A stretch of DNA of 28,607 nucleotides from contig JBCCQY010000116.1 of the NCBI GenBank assembly GCA_039208735.1, positions 1 through 28,607 of the forward strand, in the 5' to 3' direction. Numbering within the stretch: position 1 is the first letter of the stretch; each line of letters opens with the position of its first letter. The DNA comes from Myxococcota bacterium (lineage in GTDB: Bacteria > Myxococcota_A > UBA796 > GCA-2862545). Below the pieces are notes generated by a model, which was not told where the DNA came from, did not search any database, and saw only the letters and a program-made list of their open reading frames with translations. Shown piece after piece: positions 22,562 to 28,607 of the stretch. A program made the position numbers and the translations under genes.

Positions 22562-22712
22562 GACCGCCGGGGCCGTGACTTGTTAGCCTGCAGGGCACGC
22601 CCGCCCGGGGACCGAACCAGCCGGTCGGCACCGTGTGGGCCCGGGCTCGCATCGCCCACGACTCGTGGGCACGGAGGATCCTCCTCAGCCCGAACCCTTC
22701 CAGAGGACAATC

Positions 22713-23870
22713 ATGGCGCTCGACAACATGCTTTTCACCTCCGAGTCGGTCACTGAAGGCCACCCGGACAAGCTCTGTGACCAGGTCAGCGACGCGATTC
22801 TCGACGCCCACCTGGCGCAGGACCCTAACGCTCGCGTCGCCTGCGAAACCGCGGTGAAGACGGGCTACGCGATGGCCTTCGGCGAGATCACGAGCCGGGC
22901 GACGGTCGACCATGCGTCGATCATGCGCGAAGTCATCAAGGACATCGGCTACACCGACTCTTCGATCGGGTTCGACGGCAACACCTGCGGCATCTTGGTG
23001 GCGGTTGAACAGCAGAGCCCCGACATCGCGATGGGCGTCGACTCGTCCGACGACAAGGAACAGGGAGCAGGCGACCAAGGCATGATGTTTGGCTACGCGT
23101 GCCGGGAGACTCCCGCTCTCATGCCCGCGTCCGCCTACTTCTCGCACCGGCTGTCGGAGCGCCTTTCGGCGGTGCGCCGCGATGGCACGCTCCCCTGGCT
23201 CCGCCCCGATGGCAAGACGCAGGTGACCGTCGAGTACAAGGACGGAAAGGTGGCTCGGGTGGATGCGGTGGTCGTCTCGACCCAGCACAACGAGTCGATC
23301 GAACTCGACGACATTCGCACGGCCATGATCGAGCAGGTCATCCGGCCCACGATTCCCGTCGAGCTGCTCGACGACAACACTCGGTACTTCGTCAACCCGA
23401 CTGGCCGCTTCGTGATTGGTGGTCCCATGGGTGATGCCGGACTCACCGGCCGCAAGATCATCGTCGACACCTACGGCGGTCATGGCTCGCACGGTGGCGG
23501 AGCCTTTTCGGGCAAGGATCCGTCCAAGGTCGACCGCTCGGCGGCCTACATGGGTCGCTACATCGCGAAGAACCTCGTGGCCGCGGGCGCGTGCGACAAG
23601 GTGCAGGTGCAAATTGCCTACGCGATTGGCGTGGCCGAACCTGTTTCGGTGAATGTTGACACGATGGGCACGGGCAAGGCTGACGAAGAGAAGATCGCGA
23701 GCTGCATCCGGGAGATCTTCCCGCTCAAGCCCCAAGGCCTCATCGCTCACCTCGACCTGCTGCGTCCGATCTACCGGCCCACATCGGCGCACGGTCACTT
23801 CGGTCGGGACGGCTTCCCGTGGGAAGCGACCAACCAGATCGACGCGATCCGGACCCACCTCGGGCTCTGA
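22713..23870 (+). CDS. metK: S-adenosylmethionine synthetase
   Basis: [38 protein letters not shown] after GAGG. Confidence 0.98.
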   Translation: MALDNMLFTSESVTEGHPDKLCDQVSDAILDAHLAQDPNARVACETAVKTGYAMAFGEITSRATVDHASIMREVIKDIGYTDSSIGFDGNTCGILVAVEQQSPDIAMGVDSSDDKEQGAGDQGMMFGYACRETPALMPASAYFSHRLSERLSAVRRDGTLPWLRPDGKTQVTVEYKDGKVARVDAVVVSTQHNESIELDDIRTAMIEQVIRPTIPVELLDDNTRYFVNPTGRFVIGGPMGDAGLTGRKIIVDTYGGHGSHGGGAFSGKDPSKVDRSAAYMGRYIAKNLVAAGACDKVQVQIAYAIGVAEPVSVNVDTMGTGKADEEKIASCIREIFPLKPQGLIAHLDLLRPIYRPTSAHGHFGRDGFPWEATNQIDAIRTHLGL

Positions 23871-23880
23871 TCTCGACGGG

Positions 23881-23960
23881 GTGCTCCTCGGGCCGCGACC
23901 CGCGCTCGACCCGTTACACGACTCGAGTTTGGACGGAGTCGTAAACCGTTCGAGGAGCAC
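23881..23960 (+). promoter_or_regulatory. RNA structure sequestering the sucC Shine-Dalgarno
   Basis: GTGCTCCTCG 23881-90 is the exact reverse complement of CGAGGAGCAC 23951-60. Inner stem ACGACTC 23918-24 / GAGTCGT 23936-42. Confidence 0.6.
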
Positions 23961-23963
23961 ACG

Positions 23964-25199
23964 TTGAAGATCCACGAATACCAGGCGAAGGGACTGCTTC
24001 GCGCGCACGGTGTGCCGCTGCTCGCCGGCGAACCCGCCACCACGCCCGATGAGGCGGTTGCGGCCGCGCAGAAGGTGGGCGGCGAGCTGTTTGTCGTGAA
24101 GTCGCAGATCCACGCAGGCGGTCGCGGTAAGGGACGTTTCGCCGAGGACATCCCGGCTGACGAACTCGCGAAGGCCTCCCGCGGGGAAGAGGCAGCAGGC
24201 AAGGGCGGCGTTCGCCTGGCGCGCACGATCGACGAAGTTCGCACCATCGCGGCCGACATGATTGGCAAGACGCTGGTGACCAAGCAGACTGGCATCGAGG
24301 GTAAGAAGGTCCACACGCTCTTCGTTGAGCAGGGCTGCAATATCGCGAAAGAGCTGTACCTCTCGGTGCTCCTCGACCGATCGCGCAACGAAGTGCTGCT
24401 TATGGCTTCGCAGTTCGGCGGCATGGACATCGAGGACGTGGCCGAGAACAACCCCGAGGCCATCAAGAAGGTCTGGGTCAACCCGGCCGCCGGCCTGCAG
24501 GGCTTCCAAGCGCGTCAACTCGCGTTCGGCATTGGGCTTGATGGCAAGGCCGTGAAGAGCGCGAGCAAGTTCTTCCAAGCGGTCTACCGGGCCTATGTTG
24601 CGCTCGACTGCGACATGCTCGAGATCAACCCGATGGTCGTGACGGCGGACGGGGACGTGTTCGCCCTCGACGCGAAGATGAGCTTCGACGACAACGCGCT
24701 GTACCGCCACAAGGACATCGAGGCGATGCGCGACCCGAACGAAGAGGACGAAGCCGAGCTCGAAGCCGCCAAGTACAACCTTTCGTACGTCAACCTCGAC
24801 GGAAACATCGGTTGCATGGTCAACGGCGCTGGACTCGCCATGGCCACGATGGACATCATCAAGTTCAAGGGTGCGGAGCCCGCGAACTTCCTCGACGTGG
24901 GCGGCGGGGCCAAGAAGGACCAGGTCGTCGCTGCGTTCCGCATCATCAAGCGCGACCCCAAGGTGAAGGGCATTCTCGTCAACATCTTCGGCGGCATCAT
25001 GCGCTGTGACGTCATCGCCGAAGGCGTGATCCAGGCGGTCAACGAAGTCGGTTTGGCCATGCCCTTGGTCGTCCGCTTGTCGGGAACGAACGCCGAGTTG
25101 GGGCGCGAGATCCTGGCCAAGACTGACCTCGACATCATTCCGGCGGCGGATCTAGACGAAGCCGCCAACGCCATCGTCAACGCCGTGCGGGGGGCCTGA
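23964..25199 (+). CDS. sucC: Succinyl-CoA ligase beta subunit (TTG start)
   Basis: [49 protein letters not shown]. Confidence 0.98.
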   Translation: MKIHEYQAKGLLRAHGVPLLAGEPATTPDEAVAAAQKVGGELFVVKSQIHAGGRGKGRFAEDIPADELAKASRGEEAAGKGGVRLARTIDEVRTIAADMIGKTLVTKQTGIEGKKVHTLFVEQGCNIAKELYLSVLLDRSRNEVLLMASQFGGMDIEDVAENNPEAIKKVWVNPAAGLQGFQARQLAFGIGLDGKAVKSASKFFQAVYRAYVALDCDMLEINPMVVTADGDVFALDAKMSFDDNALYRHKDIEAMRDPNEEDEAELEAAKYNLSYVNLDGNIGCMVNGAGLAMATMDIIKFKGAEPANFLDVGGGAKKDQVVAAFRIIKRDPKVKGILVNIFGGIMRCDVIAEGVIQAVNEVGLAMPLVVRLSGTNAELGREILAKTDLDIIPAADLDEAANAIVNAVRGA

Positions 25200-25204
25200 A
25201 TCCC

Positions 25205-26083
25205 ATGTCGATCATGATCAACAAGGACACCCGCGTCGTCGTGCAGGGCATCACCGGCTCGGCGGGTTCGTTCCACACTCAACAGTGCATGGCCTATGGC
25301 ACCAACGTGGTGGCCGGGGTGGTGCCGGGCAAGGGTGGGCAGACCTTCGAAGGCAAAGTGCCGATCTTCAACACCGTCGAAGAGGCGGTCGCGCAGACGG
25401 GCGCTGACGCTTCGATGATCTTCGTTCCGCCTCCGTTCGCGGCAGACGGCATCCTCGAAGCCATTGACGCAAAGCTCGACTTGGCCATCTGCATCACCGA
25501 AGGCATCCCGGTCCGCGACATGGTTGCGGTGGCCGCGGTCCTCGACGATCCAGAGAGCAAGACGCGTCTGGTGGGCCCCAACTGCCCGGGCGTCATCACC
25601 CCGGGTCAGTCGAAGATGGGCATCATGCCCGGCCACATCCACACGCCAGGCGGCGTAGGCGTGCTCTCGCGCTCCGGCACGCTGACCTACGAGGCAGTGG
25701 GGCAGCTTTCGGCGGTGGGACTCGGTCAGAGTTCCTGCGTGGGCATCGGGGGCGACCCCATCATCGGCACCAAGTTCATCGACGTGCTGAAGCTCTTCAA
25801 CGAGGACCCGCAGACCGAAGCCGTCATCATGATTGGTGAAATTGGCGGGTCAGCCGAGGAAGAGGCTGCATCCTGGATCAAGGCCAACATGAAGAAGCCT
25901 GTGGTGGGCTTCATCGCAGGGGCCACGGCACCTCCGGGCCGCCGCATGGGCCACGCAGGCGCCATCGTCTCCGGTGGCCAAGGCACCGCGGAGTCCAAGT
26001 TTGCCGCCCTTGAAGACGCTGGTGTCCACGTGGTGAAGTCGCCAGCGACCATGGGCCACAAGATGAAGGAAGTGCTGGGCTAA
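25205..26083 (+). CDS. sucD: Succinyl-CoA ligase alpha subunit
   Basis: [34 protein letters not shown]. Confidence 0.98.
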   Translation: MSIMINKDTRVVVQGITGSAGSFHTQQCMAYGTNVVAGVVPGKGGQTFEGKVPIFNTVEEAVAQTGADASMIFVPPPFAADGILEAIDAKLDLAICITEGIPVRDMVAVAAVLDDPESKTRLVGPNCPGVITPGQSKMGIMPGHIHTPGGVGVLSRSGTLTYEAVGQLSAVGLGQSSCVGIGGDPIIGTKFIDVLKLFNEDPQTEAVIMIGEIGGSAEEEAASWIKANMKKPVVGFIAGATAPPGRRMGHAGAIVSGGQGTAESKFAALEDAGVHVVKSPATMGHKMKEVLG

Positions 26084-26086
26084 AGC

Positions 26087-27166
26087 CTACCGCCTTCGGT
26101 CGCCCCGAGCCGGGGCGGCCGGGGGCAGCCGCTCGGCGAGGCGACGGAGCCCGTCGAGCGATCGCACCCCATCCGGCAAGTCTGGCAAGAACCACGCGGG
26201 CGCACCCTGGGACTTGGCAATGAGCCGGTCGATGCGGGCGTCCTGGTCCTGAGCTCGCGCGACGGCCTCCTCGGGCAGCCGCGCGAGTCGTGGCACGGTT
26301 TCGGCCCATCCCTCGGGGGCATCGGAGAGCTTCTCCAGCTCCTCGCGAGTCGGGAACGGCCCAAGCGGTGCGGCGGCGACCCGATTGACCAAAAACCCCG
26401 CAAACCGCATCTCGCGTTCCTGCAGCTCTCCCAAGAAGCCCAGCAGGTCATTGCGTTCGGGCGCCTCCGCGTTGGCGACGAGCCAGTATCGGGTGCGATT
26501 CGAACGCAAGAGTTCGGCGACGGCGGCGGACCGCTCTCGGAACGTCTGAGAAATCTCAGAAAACAGCTCGAAGAACGTCCGGATGTCGCGCATGACGCCC
26601 TGACCCGCAAGGCGTTCGATGACGCTGAACGCGGCGCGGGTTGCGGGTCCGACGAACCGATTGGGGTCGAAGAGGCCTGCCAACAGCGAACGATCGAGGA
26701 TGGACCGTACCCGCTCGGGCGCTTGGAAGAAGTCCACCACGTGTTGGGTGGGGGGCGTGTCGACCACCACAACGTCATAGTCGCCGTCGTGCACGAGGTC
26801 GTACAACCGCTCCACCGCCATGTACTCATGCGAGCCTGACAGCCGCGTCGACACGGCCTGGTAGTAGGGGTTGGCCAGCAGTCGTTCGGCCGTCTCGGGA
26901 GAGGCCCGGTCTCGGACAATGGCGTCCCAGGTGCCCTTGCGGTCCAACATGAGGGCGGCGAGCGTTCCGGTTGCGTCCGGAAGGTCGATCGCACGAGGCT
27001 CGTTGTCGAGTGCACCAATGCCCAACGCATCCGCGAGGCGTCGCGCAGGATCGATGGTGATCACGGCTACCCGACGGCCGGCGTGGGCCTGGGCTACCGC
27101 AAAGGCAGCGGAGGTGGTGGTCTTTCCCGTTCCGCCAACCCCGCAGCAGACGTGTACCTCGGTCAC
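26087..27166 (-). CDS. ArsA/Get3-family ATPase, second of pair (Rv3680-like)
   Basis: CCGVGGTGKTT, ITIDPARRLADALG, VVVDTPP. GTGA overlap with its partner. Confidence 0.9.
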   Translation of the reverse strand: MTEVHVCCGVGGTGKTTTSAAFAVAQAHAGRRVAVITIDPARRLADALGIGALDNEPRAIDLPDATGTLAALMLDRKGTWDAIVRDRASPETAERLLANPYYQAVSTRLSGSHEYMAVERLYDLVHDGDYDVVVVDTPPTQHVVDFFQAPERVRSILDRSLLAGLFDPNRFVGPATRAAFSVIERLAGQGVMRDIRTFFELFSEISQTFRERSAAVAELLRSNRTRYWLVANAEAPERNDLLGFLGELQEREMRFAGFLVNRVAAAPLGPFPTREELEKLSDAPEGWAETVPRLARLPEEAVARAQDQDARIDRLIAKSQGAPAWFLPDLPDGVRSLDGLRRLAERLPPAAPARGDRRR

Positions 27167-28086
27167 GTGTCCTCCCGGAGCTGGGCGTACAGGGCTTGGC
27201 CCATCGTCTCGACGGACCGGTTCGCCACGTAGGGAACCACCCGCGGCGGTCTGAACCCCCGCTTCGCCACTCGGTCCTTGAGGTCGGTCAACGCGTCTAC
27301 GTGACGTTGGCGTCGCGCGGTAGCGGCTTGGACTAGCTCGCTGAGGCGCTCCCCGTGGGCCACCCTCGCCAGCGAGGCGTGCACGGCATCGAGCGACGGT
27401 GGCGGAGGAAGAGGATCGTCTTGCACGCCGTTGGCAATGATGGTGTGTGGCTGGTAGCCCTCCTCCACCAGCTGATCGGCAAGCTCGCTGGTCTCCGACA
27501 CCGGCAAGGCTTCGGGCAAGGTCACCAATACGGTTGCGGTGCGGTCGCGATCCGCAAGGAAGACCTCGATGGCCTTGGCCAGTTCGTAGAAGGGGCCTGC
27601 GCGCGTCACGTCCGTCATCGTCCGGGCCGCCTGGAGCAGCGTGAGTCCATGGCCCGTGGCCGGCGCGTCGAGGATCGTCAGATCGTAGACGGGGTCACCT
27701 CGGCGCGGATCACTGATGAGGTTCTCGATCTTGCCAAGCAGCATGAGATCGTGGAGCCCTGGTACCGCATCCACGAAGGTCGTCACGAGGCGATTGCGCA
27801 CCACACGGCGTGCGAACGGCGGTAGGCGGAGCTTGCGAGCCGCAAACTCCTCTAAGCACTCGGGAACGGTCAACGACCAAACGTCGACCCCCGGTCGTGC
27901 TGCTCGAAAGGCGAAACTTCGGCCGGTCATGCCGAACAAGGGGGGGACCGCGGCCTCTCCCAACTCGGCGATGACGACCTTTTTGCCAGCTTCAGCCGCA
28001 GCAACCGCGAGTGCGGCCGAGACGGTGCTTCGTCCGACGCCGCCCTTGCCCAGGACGACCACCAGACGGTGGTCGATCAGTCTCAC
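27163..28086 (-). CDS. ArsA/Get3-family ATPase, first of pair (Rv3679-like)
   Basis: GTG 28086 after GGAGG. GKGGVGRST, VPGL.DL..LGK, LDAPATGHG, VTLPEALPVSET. Confidence 0.9.
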   Translation of the reverse strand: MRLIDHRLVVVLGKGGVGRSTVSAALAVAAAEAGKKVVIAELGEAAVPPLFGMTGRSFAFRAARPGVDVWSLTVPECLEEFAARKLRLPPFARRVVRNRLVTTFVDAVPGLHDLMLLGKIENLISDPRRGDPVYDLTILDAPATGHGLTLLQAARTMTDVTRAGPFYELAKAIEVFLADRDRTATVLVTLPEALPVSETSELADQLVEEGYQPHTIIANGVQDDPLPPPPSLDAVHASLARVAHGERLSELVQAATARRQRHVDALTDLKDRVAKRGFRPPRVVPYVANRSVETMGQALYAQLREDT

Positions 28087-28104
28087 GATCGGGGCCTCCG
28101 GGGC

Positions 28105-28133
28105 TTGCCATCGGGTACGACCGTTCCTATATC
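28105..28133 (+). promoter_or_regulatory. Putative sigma70 promoter for the zinc ribbon-folD unit
   Basis: TTGCCA, 17 nt spacer, TATATC in the short divergent intergenic region. Confidence 0.35.
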
Positions 28134-28159
28134 GAAACGGCGTCCAGACGGAGGGGCAC

Positions 28160-28501
28160 ATGCCCATCTACGAGTACGGCTGCGAATCCTGCGGCCATCA
28201 GTTTGAAAAGCTCATGCGGATGGGAGCCGATGCGCCACCCTGCCCCGAATGCAACAGCGACCAGGTACGCAAAAAGGTCTCGCGGTCTGGCTTCGTCCTC
28301 AAAGGCGGTGGCTGGTACAAAGATCACTACGGCCTGAAAGGGGGTTCGTCGTCTTCATCGGCTTCCGATTCGAGTTCGAGCAGCTCCGATAGCGGTTCGA
28401 GCGCCGGCGAGTCTTCGTCGAGTTCCGATTCCAGTTCCTCCTCGAGCGATAGCGGTGGTTCGAGTTCCAGTTCCAAGTCTGGCGACGCGGCGGCCAAGTG
28501 A
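28160..28501 (+). CDS. FmdB-family zinc ribbon protein with Ser-rich tail
   Basis: MPIYEYGCESCGHQFE...CPEC...FVLKGGGWY.D.Y followed by poly-Ser. SD GGAGG. Confidence 0.93.
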   Translation: MPIYEYGCESCGHQFEKLMRMGADAPPCPECNSDQVRKKVSRSGFVLKGGGWYKDHYGLKGGSSSSSASDSSSSSSDSGSSAGESSSSSDSSSSSSDSGGSSSSSKSGDAAAK

Positions 28502-28607
28502 CGGCACGCCTCCTCGAAGGACGACCGCTGGGAAAGTCCATCAATCAGGGTCTCAAAGCCCGTGTTCCGAGCCTCGCGCGACCGCCGGGGCTCGCGGTCA
28601 TTCTGAC
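28498..28607 (+). CDS. folD: Bifunctional methylenetetrahydrofolate dehydrogenase/cyclohydrolase, N-terminus (runs off window)
   Basis: Manual translation from GTG overlapping the upstream stop: MTARLLEGRPLGKSINQGLKARVPSLARPPGLAVIL, matching FolD 'A.IIDG......PGLAVILVG'. Confidence 0.8.
   Translation, partial: MTARLLEGRPLGKSINQGLKARVPSLARPPGLAVIL

Noticed and set aside
22533..24710. 725-aa minus-strand ORF, and similar long antisense ORFs over secA, 15414-16976 and sucCD
   Set aside because: Shadow frames opposite strongly codon-biased GC-rich genes, with no recognisable motifs.
26087..28086. Arsenic resistance operon
   Set aside because: No arsB/acr3/arsC/arsR/arsD nearby, and the proteins are the single-domain paired type.
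28345..28480. Degenerate repeats (CCGATTC(G/C)AGTTC, GATAGCGGT)
   Set aside because: They encode the poly-Ser tail of the FmdB-family protein. There is no constant repeat-spacer period, so this is not CRISPR.

Overview
GC-rich bacterial core-genome window, most likely Myxococcota/deltaproteobacteria-like. This is inferred from a MYXO-CTERM-type sorting signal, a FYDLN-acid protein, a paired ArsA/Get3-like ATPase and gene order. Order: [mdh 3' fragment (-) joined back-to-back to a PP2C 3' fragment (+), a probable chimeric junction] - M23 peptidase - secA - rpsB - tsf - frr - uppS - cdsA - rseP - tsaB - asd/usg-like pseudoenzyme - 856-aa envelope protein - truA - FYDLN-acid (-) - Asp-box propeller lipoprotein - rplM - rpsI - kdsB-like - pyrG - rpoN - short hpf - metK - sucC - sucD - two ArsA-family ATPases (-) - FmdB zinc ribbon - folD (partial). 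No rRNA, tRNA, CRISPR or mobile element was seen. The most striking item is the ORF at 11606-14176, which looks like a two-product polyprotein. It reads signal peptide, surface domains (propeller/Ig/FN3-like), an internal MYXO-CTERM motif, a second signal peptide sharing the RRR, then an outer-membrane beta-barrel. Other points of interest are an SD-sequestering RNA structure before sucC, a structured metK leader, a dyad operator-like site upstream of the polyprotein, and the absence of pyrH, dxr, kdsA/lptCAB and PTS-Ntr genes from their usual slots. All family calls come from motif recognition, not database searches.
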